From an uncultured Spirochaetaceae bacterium (GTDB taxonomy: Bacteria > Spirochaetota > Spirochaetia > Sphaerochaetales > Sphaerochaetaceae): a DNA stretch of 64,000 nt. Below, piece by piece: positions 20,392 through 28,933 of the stretch (position 1 is the first letter of the stretch; each line of letters starts with the position of its first letter). The DNA lies in assembly GCA_964524755.1 (NCBI GenBank), contig CAZGDR010000001.1, positions 39,708 through 103,707 on the forward strand, given 5' to 3'. Under the pieces are notes generated by a model, which was not told the origin of the DNA, did no database searches, and saw only the letters and a program-made list of their open reading frames with translations. The translations under genes and the position numbers were made by a program.

Positions 20392-21555
20392 TTACTTTAC
20401 ATCAAACCATTTCCCAGTTATTGATTGTTCAATGTGCTCGTTTAAATGATCAGGCTTAAGAATTTCATTCGCACAATCAAGACAGAAATTATCACTCATT
20501 CCAGCTACATAATCAAATACGAGTCGATTGATATTTCCATCGTGTTGAAGATAGGGTTCATACATCTCTTTGACATGTAAGAAGAAGCCAGCAGCCAACA
20601 TGTTTTTTTCTTCCAAATATGGACGTTCTTCCAACCCATAATTGTCTAACAACTTTTGCAAATAATCGATAATCAAATGCAGCAGTCGCGAGAAATAGTT
20701 GCTATATCCTTGTAATAATGGGGAGAGATAAATTGATTTGTAGTTAAACTCTTTCATTGCCAACACTGCTTCAAAAACAGCATCTGAAAAGGCTATACCT
20801 GTTTCAGGATGGGAAGAATCAATCAGATCATTAACGAGCGTGTTAATAATACTGGCATTAGTTTTACCCAATCGTTCAACAACAATAGAGGGAATGGTAG
20901 TGGGGTCAATAATCGAAAGACGACATGCATCTTCATAATCACGACCAAGATAGGCCGCTTGATCTGAGAAACGAACGACCGCAGCTTCCCACGTGGAGGG
21001 GATTGCTTCAGCTCTACTGGTGAGCGCCGATAGATCTTTCTCTTTCCCGCTAGGCATGAGCCGTTGTTCAAAGCTCTCGCCGTTATGACAGGCAATTCCA
21101 TCGCGTACGGCATAGGTTAAATTTAAGCCCTTCCCATGCTCAGTGAGGAAGTCAATAACGCGTAGTGAATTTAGTTCGTGTTCAAATCCTGCAAACCCGT
21201 TCTGTTCCATAATTGAAGCTAGGATCTCCTCTCCTACATGGCCGAATGGAGTGTGCCCTAGATCATGACCAATGCCAATGGCCCATGCCAATTCTGTATC
21301 GAGATGTAGCCCTCTACATACTGCTGTAGCAATTGAGGCAACGTGTAGAACGTGCTCCATGCGCGTGCAGATATGATCATTGCTTGGAGCAAAAAATACT
21401 TGTGTTTTATGTTTAAGTCTCCTAAATGGAGAACTATGAATAATAGCCGTAGTATCGCGATAATATTCGCCACGCACATCACTAGTGCGTGGGTATTTGC
21501 GATTTTCTAGAACTGATGATGGTAATGTATGTATAAAGCGTTTTGTTTTTGACAC
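20392..21555 (-). CDS. dGTP triphosphohydrolase-like HD-domain protein
   Basis: SSPFRRLKHKTQVF, TRMEHVLHVA and GHDLGHTPFGH. Start moved to the GTG at 21555, which has GGAGGT 6 nt upstream. The ORF-track start at 21603 adds 16 unlikely residues. Confidence 0.8.
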   Translation of the reverse strand: MSKTKRFIHTLPSSVLENRKYPRTSDVRGEYYRDTTAIIHSSPFRRLKHKTQVFFAPSNDHICTRMEHVLHVASIATAVCRGLHLDTELAWAIGIGHDLGHTPFGHVGEEILASIMEQNGFAGFEHELNSLRVIDFLTEHGKGLNLTYAVRDGIACHNGESFEQRLMPSGKEKDLSALTSRAEAIPSTWEAAVVRFSDQAAYLGRDYEDACRLSIIDPTTIPSIVVERLGKTNASIINTLVNDLIDSSHPETGIAFSDAVFEAVLAMKEFNYKSIYLSPLLQGYSNYFSRLLHLIIDYLQKLLDNYGLEERPYLEEKNMLAAGFFLHVKEMYEPYLQHDGNINRLVFDYVAGMSDNFCLDCANEILKPDHLNEHIEQSITGKWFDVK

Positions 21556-21601
21556 AGAGTTACCTCCCCTATACTTCCCAAGGCTGACCCTGCATGGTAT
21601 C

Positions 21602-22099
21602 ATGGTTATTATGTTGATGCTACTGGTAGCTATAGGTACAACTCTCCTCTGCTTTTTGTCAGCTGCTGCTACATTGCGGTTTATCCTCTCTCGGCAGGGT
21701 TGGTTTTGGGTCTTACCGTTAGTCCTCTCTCTCTCTTTTCTCTATTTAAGTATAAGCCCATTGTATCAGGTTGCCTCGGGCATGATCAGTGGTTCGTATG
21801 TTGTGGAGATTAGCCCTAACCGTAGTGTGCGTGAGATTATTCCGCTTATTATTGTATTGCTCTGGTACCTTATGATTATCACCTTCCGCAGTGCTTTAAA
21901 ACTTGTGGTTCCAGACAATAAACATCTTTTAGATACCAAGAAGAACCTCAACGAAGCTCGCTATATGCAACGCATAGAATTAAGAAAATATTATAAATTA
22001 GCACGCCGTAAAAGGCGTAAAGAGATTAGAATCAAACGCGAACATGCTGGTACACGCTATCCTCGAAAATGGGTAGCTCTATTCGATGAACATGAATAA
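21602..22099 (+). CDS. Hypothetical small membrane protein with basic C-terminal tail
   Basis: Three predicted TM helices, then KLARRKRRKEIRIKREH. I chose the ATG at 21602 because the ORF-track start at 21485 lies inside the divergent dGTPase gene. No family recognised. Confidence 0.35.
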   Translation: MVIMLMLLVAIGTTLLCFLSAAATLRFILSRQGWFWVLPLVLSLSFLYLSISPLYQVASGMISGSYVVEISPNRSVREIIPLIIVLLWYLMIITFRSALKLVVPDNKHLLDTKKNLNEARYMQRIELRKYYKLARRKRRKEIRIKREHAGTRYPRKWVALFDEHE

Positions 22100-22673
22100 G
22101 GATAGTAGCATGTGTATCGTCTACCTCGTTGGTATTAAACACTCAGGTAAAAGTTCTGTAGGACGCCAAGCCGTTGAATTGTTACACAAGACAAGGGCCG
22201 TTGAATTCACTGATACGGATAATTTGATCCATTCACTGCTACCCTCTCCCTACTTTTCTATCCGTGAATTTTATCGTCATGCAGGGGCGGCGGCTTTTAG
22301 GGAATTAGAATTGAGAGCTTTACAAACATGGCTTGATCAAGTGAGTCCCTCTCTGCACGTTGTGGCGCTAGGAGGTGGAGCTTGTGACAATGAACCACTG
22401 ATCCAGGTAATGCAATCTAGTGGTATAATTATCTATCTTGCTGTTGAAGAGTCAGTCTTACTGCAGAGAATTCTGCAACATGGCATTCCCCCTTTCCTTT
22501 CAGCAGAAGATCCTAGACAATCTTTTCACACCCTTTACGAACGGCGAAACAGCCGATATAGGCAGTTTTCCGATTATGTGCTACAATTATACGATTGCCG
22601 GTCTATACCTGAGAATGCTGAAATACTCGCAAAAACTATCCAAAAAATAGCCGGAAAGAGGGGTCATGTCTAA
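22086..22673 (+). CDS. aroK: Shikimate kinase
   Basis: P-loop LVGIKHSGKSSVGR, the DTD substrate motif and small size. It overlaps the upstream ORF by 14 nt and aroC by 8 nt. Confidence 0.8.
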   Translation: MNMNKDSSMCIVYLVGIKHSGKSSVGRQAVELLHKTRAVEFTDTDNLIHSLLPSPYFSIREFYRHAGAAAFRELELRALQTWLDQVSPSLHVVALGGGACDNEPLIQVMQSSGIIIYLAVEESVLLQRILQHGIPPFLSAEDPRQSFHTLYERRNSRYRQFSDYVLQLYDCRSIPENAEILAKTIQKIAGKRGHV

Positions 22674-23715
22674 GAACACATTTGGAACTACTATAAAAAT
22701 CACCACTTTTGGCGAATCACATGGGGCGGCATTAGGGGTCGTCATCGATGGATTGGAAAGTGGTTTTACCATCGACATAGAGCAATTAGAATACCAAATG
22801 AGCCGGCGTAGACCTGGTGGAAACCCGTTAGGAACGAAGCGACAGGAACGAGATTCGATTGAAATCCTTTCGGGGCTATTTCAAGGTAAAACTACGGGAA
22901 CCCCTGTAGCGATTATGATTCGCAATACGAATCAACGTTCTGAAGATTATGATACTATCGCTACCCTGTATAGACCTGGACACGCAGATCTCACGTGGCA
23001 ACAGAAATTTGGAATACGTGATTGGCGTGGCGGTGGGAGATCTAGTGGTCGAGAGACTGCAGCTCGCTTAGCCGCCGGTGCAATTGCAATGCAGATATTA
23101 GAATCAAAAGGAATTAATATTTTAGCGTATGCTATCCAAATTGGTTCCATCGTGGCAAAAAAACGGGATTATACCCAAATACATAAAAACAAGGTTAGTA
23201 CAGTTGATGCTGCTGCAGCTCAACAGATGGAACAACTTATTGAGCGCATGCGTGAAGAGAAAGATAGTGTCGGTGGAATTATTGAATGCAGGACAACTGG
23301 CCTACCCGCTGGTTTAGGCGAACCGGTTTTTGATAAGGCTGATGCCTTACTAGCCCATGCCATCCTATCGATTGGAGCCATTAAAGGAATTGAATTTGGT
23401 GACGGCTTTGCAGTTGCCTCAGCGCATGGTTCTGAAAATAACGATCAGATGGATGCGAACGGATTCCTCAGCAATCATGCTGGTGGAGTAAATGGTGGGA
23501 TTACCAATGGAGCACCATTAATTTTCCGTACAGTGGTTAAGCCCACTGCTTCGATTGGGAAACCGCAGAAAACGGTCGATATCAATGGTAAAGAGCAAAC
23601 TATTGTTGTCGAGGGAAGACACGACCCTTGTATTTGTGTTCGCATTATTCCGGTAATTGAGGCAATGACTGCAATTACCTTGTTATCATTATGGTATGAA
23701 CAATATGGACGATAA
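22666..23715 (+). CDS. aroC: Chorismate synthase
   Basis: TTFGESHG, RPGHAD, GGGRSSGRETA and GRHDPC signatures. Confidence 0.95.
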   Translation: MSKNTFGTTIKITTFGESHGAALGVVIDGLESGFTIDIEQLEYQMSRRRPGGNPLGTKRQERDSIEILSGLFQGKTTGTPVAIMIRNTNQRSEDYDTIATLYRPGHADLTWQQKFGIRDWRGGGRSSGRETAARLAAGAIAMQILESKGINILAYAIQIGSIVAKKRDYTQIHKNKVSTVDAAAAQQMEQLIERMREEKDSVGGIIECRTTGLPAGLGEPVFDKADALLAHAILSIGAIKGIEFGDGFAVASAHGSENNDQMDANGFLSNHAGGVNGGITNGAPLIFRTVVKPTASIGKPQKTVDINGKEQTIVVEGRHDPCICVRIIPVIEAMTAITLLSLWYEQYGR

Positions 23716-25357
23716 ACCTCTCATTATTCAAAGTGACTTAAGCCTTATGCTGGACGTACATTCACCATCAGCAGAGCAAGCACGTAACGACTTAATAGCA
23801 TTTGCCGAATTGGTAAAATCACCTGAACACGTACACACCTATGCAATTTCTGCCATTAGTTTGTGGAATGCTGCATCGGCGGGTATTAGTGTAGATGAAG
23901 TTCTCAACCGTTTACAAAAATGGTCCCGCTACACCCTGCCTGAAACTGTGGTTTTTCATATCACAGAGATTGGTGGAAGATTTGGAAGTATTCAGTTATT
24001 ACCCTACGATGATGAACATTATCTATTAACTGTTTCCCAACAAAGGTTTACGAGAGAAATGTTAGCCCGTAAACAAATTGCATCTATGCTCATTCAATCT
24101 CCTGATGGATTTCTGGTACCGAAATATCAGCGGGGTGAATTAAAGTTACAACTCATCAAGCTCAATTTTCCAGTTGATGACCGCATCCCATTAACGAAAG
24201 GGGAACCGGTGCCCATGACGTTCCGTTCTGTTTCATCACGTGGCGTCCCTTTTGTGTTACGTGATTATCAACAACTGGCAGCCAACTCGGTGCTAGGCAA
24301 TGGGGGCCCTGGCACGGGCTATGGTACAATTGTACTCCCCTGTGGATCAGGAAAAACAATTGTAGGCATGGAGATAATGACCCGTCTAGCGACACGTACC
24401 CTCATATTAACCACTAACGTAGCCGCAATTCACCAATGGATTGCAGAAATTACCGATAAATTAACCATTGATGCAGATTCTATAGGAGAATATTCAGGTT
24501 CTAGAAAAGAAGTTAAACCGATAACGGTTGGTACCTATCAGGTATTAACTTGGCGACCAGACAAAGAATCTGACTTTCCCCATATGCGCATTCTGAAAGA
24601 GGGCAACTGGGGTCTCATCATTTACGATGAAGTCCATATGTTGCCGGCTCCTGTTTTTAAAATCACGGCTGAATTACAAGCAATACACCGGGTAGGATTA
24701 ACAGCTACCTTAATTCGAGAAGACAATCGTGAAGATGAGGTCTTTTCGTTAGTGGGCCCTAAACGGTATGACGTGCCATGGAGCGAACTAGAAAACCAAG
24801 GCTGGATTGCTGAAGCTGTCTGTACTGAAATTCGAGTATCTCTCCCACAAACATTGGAGATCCCCTATGCTATCGGCACTAAACGGGAAAAATATCGAAT
24901 TGCCAGTGAAAATCCGGCTAAAATACAGATCGTGAAAGACCTCATCGCCAACCATAGTGATGATTTTATTTTAGTAATCGGACAGTATTTGGACCAGTTA
25001 AAAACTATTGCAAAAGAGCTTGGCGCGCCTTTGATTACCGGATCTACCCCTAATCCAAAGCGTGATGAACTCTATAACAGTTTCAGGGAAGGCAAACAAA
25101 GAATTTTAGTTGTTTCAAAAGTGGCAAACTTTGCCATAGACCTTCCTGATGCATCTGTTGCTATTCAAGTCTCGGGAACATTTGGCTCACGGCAAGAGGA
25201 GGCCCAAAGACTTGGACGGATCTTGAGACCGAAACGCAAAAGCTCTCATTTTTATTCATTAGTTACCCGTTACTCTTCCGAAGAAGAATTTAGTGCAAAT
25301 CGACAAAAATTCTTAACAGAGCAAGGGTATAGTTACCATGTGGAGGTTTGGGAATGA
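23696..25357 (+). CDS. XPB/ERCC3/Ssl2-type SF2 DNA helicase-translocase with XPB N-terminal domain
   Basis: The N-terminal domain (PLIIQSDLSLMLDVHSP..AFAELVKSPEHVHTYAISAISLWNAASAGISVDEVLNRLQKWSRYTLPE) is colinear with the human XPB NTD as I recall it. Helicase motifs present: LPCGSGKT, DEVH, GLTATLIREDNRE, QEEAQRLGRILR. Confidence 0.85.
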   Translation: MNNMDDKPLIIQSDLSLMLDVHSPSAEQARNDLIAFAELVKSPEHVHTYAISAISLWNAASAGISVDEVLNRLQKWSRYTLPETVVFHITEIGGRFGSIQLLPYDDEHYLLTVSQQRFTREMLARKQIASMLIQSPDGFLVPKYQRGELKLQLIKLNFPVDDRIPLTKGEPVPMTFRSVSSRGVPFVLRDYQQLAANSVLGNGGPGTGYGTIVLPCGSGKTIVGMEIMTRLATRTLILTTNVAAIHQWIAEITDKLTIDADSIGEYSGSRKEVKPITVGTYQVLTWRPDKESDFPHMRILKEGNWGLIIYDEVHMLPAPVFKITAELQAIHRVGLTATLIREDNREDEVFSLVGPKRYDVPWSELENQGWIAEAVCTEIRVSLPQTLEIPYAIGTKREKYRIASENPAKIQIVKDLIANHSDDFILVIGQYLDQLKTIAKELGAPLITGSTPNPKRDELYNSFREGKQRILVVSKVANFAIDLPDASVAIQVSGTFGSRQEEAQRLGRILRPKRKSSHFYSLVTRYSSEEEFSANRQKFLTEQGYSYHVEVWE

Positions 25358-27363
25358 CTTTACGTACACAATTAGAGGCATGGGAACATGCCCTCGCATT
25401 ATTAGCAGATGATATCTATCTTGATATCGTGCGAAATTTTATAGGAAGGGTCCCTACCCCTTTTCACAAACCAATCCTCACCAAACGATTGACAACTCTT
25501 TTTTCAACTGAAGAGTTTATTCAACGGATTGAAGCTAGTTTTTCAGACCTTGATCGGAGATTGTTAGTTGGAGCTTATGTATTAGGAACCCCAACTCAAG
25601 CTGAGTTGTGCTCCTTATTTGATGAGACGATTCCTTATGCCACCGTCCAACAAAATGTAGTGAATTTAGAAGAACGTCTTTTATTGGTACCGAATCCAAA
25701 TGCTCTTGAGCAACGTGGTGAACTGATGCTGAACCCACTACTTCGAGAGCGATTACTCGCTTCATCTCTTTCCACAAAAGATCTCTTTCCCCCCTCTGCG
25801 GACCATCAGGAACGATATCGTTTTGCTGAAGGTGATCCCAAGATTATTCGAGCATTATTGAGTCTACATATTCATGCTTCTTTAGGTACCAAAGAACGTA
25901 GTGAAAGACAATTACGTAATAAGTTTATTAAGGCAGTGTTTGGTAAAGAGGAGGACGAAGCGGTAGAGCTTATTATCCAATATAATCGGCTACTCTTTCA
26001 CACACAAGCTGTTTGTGAAAAAGGGAAAATCACCCATGTGCCTGCTAAACGAGCCCAGGCTCTACTGAATGCTAAACCGTCAGAGATCCAACAGCTTTTA
26101 TTCAAGACCGCTTGGCAAACAGATCCTGCATTAAATGAAAAACCAATTGAACCCACAATCCTAACCTCTTTCTTTACTATTCTGTCCCAATTATTAGAGA
26201 CGTGTGCTATCTATGAGGAAGAACACCTGTTAATTGCTATCCGTATTGCGGCTTTAAAGAGTGCTCTACCAGTCGGAGATTTTTCTCAATTACTCACTAC
26301 TCTGACGGCAGTGGGACTGACTACACAGAGTGCAGATTTCGAGAATGAAGAGGATGATTCACGTCTTGAACCAACCATTGATAGTGACTTAACTATCTCT
26401 TTTACGCAAAACCTTCCCAGTTTCGAGGGGAACGTAGATATCTATCGTCTCGCTTTAGTGAAGAAGGTCGATGTCGTTAGTTCGTATGAGATTAACAAGG
26501 CCACTATTTTGAAGGCGTTTGATGTGGGGATATCGGTGGATGAGATTTTGGCATATCTAAAAAGACTTACTAAAAATATCCCACAAAGTTTAAAAGACTT
26601 ACTCGGACACTGGAAACAGGAGTATGCAGCCATTACTATCTATGATGGAATCGTAGTGAAAGCTGATGAACGACTCAGTAGAATCATCGATGCCTTGCCG
26701 ACGTTACAACACCATATCATCGCTCAAGTTGGACCGGGTTTGTATCTCTTTTCACGAGATGAAGAGCTCCAATGGCGCGAGATATTAACTTCAACCGGTA
26801 TTGGGTTACTTCCTAGCAGTATCAGTGAAACGCCTAAAGATCCATCACCTGAACTCTCTCCACTACAGGAGACTCAACAACCATCGGCCACCTTTGCAGA
26901 GGTTTTGCAACAATTACCTGCAGAGCGACCTCCAATGGAAGCTCTACCAGATTTCCAAACTGAGTTACTTACTCTTGCCAGAAAGAAAGCTGCTAATAAG
27001 GGTGATAAAGAAGAACTTGAAGCTAGAATTGAACGTAAACTTTTATTAGTTCCTTCCCAAGTTGTTACTTTAGAAGGGCATACAAAAACTATGCAAGCGA
27101 GTGGATTTGATTTCCAAGGCAAGGTGAATCTGTGTAAATCGACCATAAACTCTAAAGTAGACTTACTTGAATTGCAAATGCTCGATGACGACGGGAACTC
27201 TCATATTCTCCTCACCGAAGCCAAGGAACTCATTAGTAGCACTACTGCAAACGAAGCTTCTATTCGAGTTTCTATCTTGCCGCAAGAAGAGGAAAAGGTA
27301 ATCCCTATAGCTAAGGTCTTTCGGGTAAGAAAACTCCGACGATCAATATTCTTCGAGTCCTAA
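25348..27363 (+). CDS. XPB-associated protein with p52/Tfb2-like domain
   Basis: 671 aa, overlapping the XPB stop by 10 nt. The central segment VDVVSSYEINKATILKAFDVGISVDEILAYLKRLTKNIPQSLKDLLGHWKQEYAAITIYDG parallels the p52 segment [41 protein letters not shown]. I do not recognise the flanking ~370 N-terminal and ~200 C-terminal residues. Confidence 0.6.
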   Translation: MGMTLRTQLEAWEHALALLADDIYLDIVRNFIGRVPTPFHKPILTKRLTTLFSTEEFIQRIEASFSDLDRRLLVGAYVLGTPTQAELCSLFDETIPYATVQQNVVNLEERLLLVPNPNALEQRGELMLNPLLRERLLASSLSTKDLFPPSADHQERYRFAEGDPKIIRALLSLHIHASLGTKERSERQLRNKFIKAVFGKEEDEAVELIIQYNRLLFHTQAVCEKGKITHVPAKRAQALLNAKPSEIQQLLFKTAWQTDPALNEKPIEPTILTSFFTILSQLLETCAIYEEEHLLIAIRIAALKSALPVGDFSQLLTTLTAVGLTTQSADFENEEDDSRLEPTIDSDLTISFTQNLPSFEGNVDIYRLALVKKVDVVSSYEINKATILKAFDVGISVDEILAYLKRLTKNIPQSLKDLLGHWKQEYAAITIYDGIVVKADERLSRIIDALPTLQHHIIAQVGPGLYLFSRDEELQWREILTSTGIGLLPSSISETPKDPSPELSPLQETQQPSATFAEVLQQLPAERPPMEALPDFQTELLTLARKKAANKGDKEELEARIERKLLLVPSQVVTLEGHTKTMQASGFDFQGKVNLCKSTINSKVDLLELQMLDDDGNSHILLTEAKELISSTTANEASIRVSILPQEEEKVIPIAKVFRVRKLRRSIFFES

Positions 27364-28800
27364 ATCCTGTTCTAACCGTTTGGGATAATGGTATCCGGAA
27401 AAAGATTCAAATTGGAGTTTTCCTTGGCGGATCAACATGTCTATGCCAAAAAGTATGCGGCATCCCGCTTGCTGGGCTCTCTTTACAAGTGCCGTCTGTT
27501 TTGGCCTATAGATTAACTCATAGACTGTTTGCTTGCTTTTAAATGTATAGTGAGGAATAGGATCGGCTTCATCGTTAGGAGACATACCCACCGATGTCGT
27601 TTGCACGATCAGATCGACATCTTTGTACTTACCAGCATGCTCTAATGAATCAAAGCTCGCCATAGTCTCTTCAGCTAAACCCTGGGCTCGTTTTATGTCT
27701 CGATTTACAATGATTACTTTACACCCATGATTGCGTAAGGCCCATACCACGGCTCGAGCAGCACCGCCGGCTCCAACTACCAAAGCACTCTGCATCGTCC
27801 GAGAATCAATTTCGGTCACTAGAGGTTCTATAAAGCCATAGTAATCGGTATTAGTCCCCTTCCACAAGTTTTTAGCACGCACCACGGTATTACAACTTCC
27901 TATCTGTTTTACTTCCCGCGTAATCTTTCCTAAATAGGGTAATACGTGCTGTTTATGAGGCACGGTAACCGATACTCCCGATATCTTTAACATCTCGGCT
28001 AGAATAAAAAAGGAACGGACTGTATCGACAAGAAAGGGGAGATAGATGGCATTAAAGTTTATTTCATGGAATCCTGGATTTTGAATAAGCGGAGAAAATG
28101 AGTGGAGCACTGGGTTCCCTATTACACCAAATATTTTAGTGCGGTCATCAACTTTATCTGCCCGATAGAGTTCTTTCATTTTCTGAGCTGAAATCTGCCC
28201 TGGAGCTATTTCATTATCACTGCAGTAGGTTAGTATGGATCCTACTTTTTTGTAAAGAATACGGGAAGGTAATCCAAAATCACCCATCCCCAATACAATT
28301 TTATTAGGGACGCTCTCAAGCTCAGTTTTAACCCGGAAAAGAGTAATTAGATCGATCACTGAGTTGGGGGTGACCGCCATTTTAGGAATTTCTCCTCGAC
28401 TCGCGATCTTAGCTATCCTATGAAATATATCGGAGGGGATCCCCGTAAAATCGTGTACCGAACGAATGATGGAGATGCCTCTAGAACGTGCTTTTTGTTC
28501 TATAATAGAACGTTTGACATCATTTTCAATATCTACATAGGCAAAATTACCATCCAGGCACTCCTGCATGAGGATTGCCCTCACCCGCTCCGAGGCCGTA
28601 AAAGCCCCTCCATCGACTTTCCTGCGACACGTTAAGATAACTGGAACTTCTACCAATTCGGGAAATTTGGGGGCTTCTTTACGAGCACTCTCCTCTAAGA
28701 GGTCGAGACGTAGTTCAACTACATCGATATACGAACGGTTGCGCTCATATTGGGATATATTCTCTTCGATTGTACTACCAGTAAGAACCAAACAAATCAT
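27343..28800 (-). CDS. aroDE: Bifunctional 3-dehydroquinate dehydratase (type I) / shikimate 5-dehydrogenase
   Basis: The N-terminal half is AroD-like (MICLVLTG..VVELRLDLL..ILTCRR). The C-terminal half is AroE-like (FGVIGNPVLHSFSP, NTD, VVGAGGAARA). Start moved to the ATG at 28800, which has GGAGGA 6 nt upstream; the ORF-track start at 28941 overlaps the divergent gene. Confidence 0.85.
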   Translation of the reverse strand: MICLVLTGSTIEENISQYERNRSYIDVVELRLDLLEESARKEAPKFPELVEVPVILTCRRKVDGGAFTASERVRAILMQECLDGNFAYVDIENDVKRSIIEQKARSRGISIIRSVHDFTGIPSDIFHRIAKIASRGEIPKMAVTPNSVIDLITLFRVKTELESVPNKIVLGMGDFGLPSRILYKKVGSILTYCSDNEIAPGQISAQKMKELYRADKVDDRTKIFGVIGNPVLHSFSPLIQNPGFHEINFNAIYLPFLVDTVRSFFILAEMLKISGVSVTVPHKQHVLPYLGKITREVKQIGSCNTVVRAKNLWKGTNTDYYGFIEPLVTEIDSRTMQSALVVGAGGAARAVVWALRNHGCKVIIVNRDIKRAQGLAEETMASFDSLEHAGKYKDVDLIVQTTSVGMSPNDEADPIPHYTFKSKQTVYELIYRPKQTALVKRAQQAGCRILFGIDMLIRQGKLQFESFSGYHYPKRLEQDLGLEEY

Positions 28801-28933
28801 CAAAGATCCTCCATAGCCCATATGTAGTGCAGACACATGGGAGGACTCCTTGCATCCCGAGGCACCGTTATGGTACCTTTTATAATACTCGTTACAACAC
28901 GAATCTGCAACACCTTCCAAAATAGAGGAGCAC

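Noticed and set aside
20392-21555. Whether the dGTPase-like HD protein could be a dNTP-depleting anti-phage effector.
   Set aside because: It is a single gene between nrdR and shikimate genes, with no neighbouring defence, mobile or sensor genes. This is most simply a housekeeping dNTP triphosphohydrolase.
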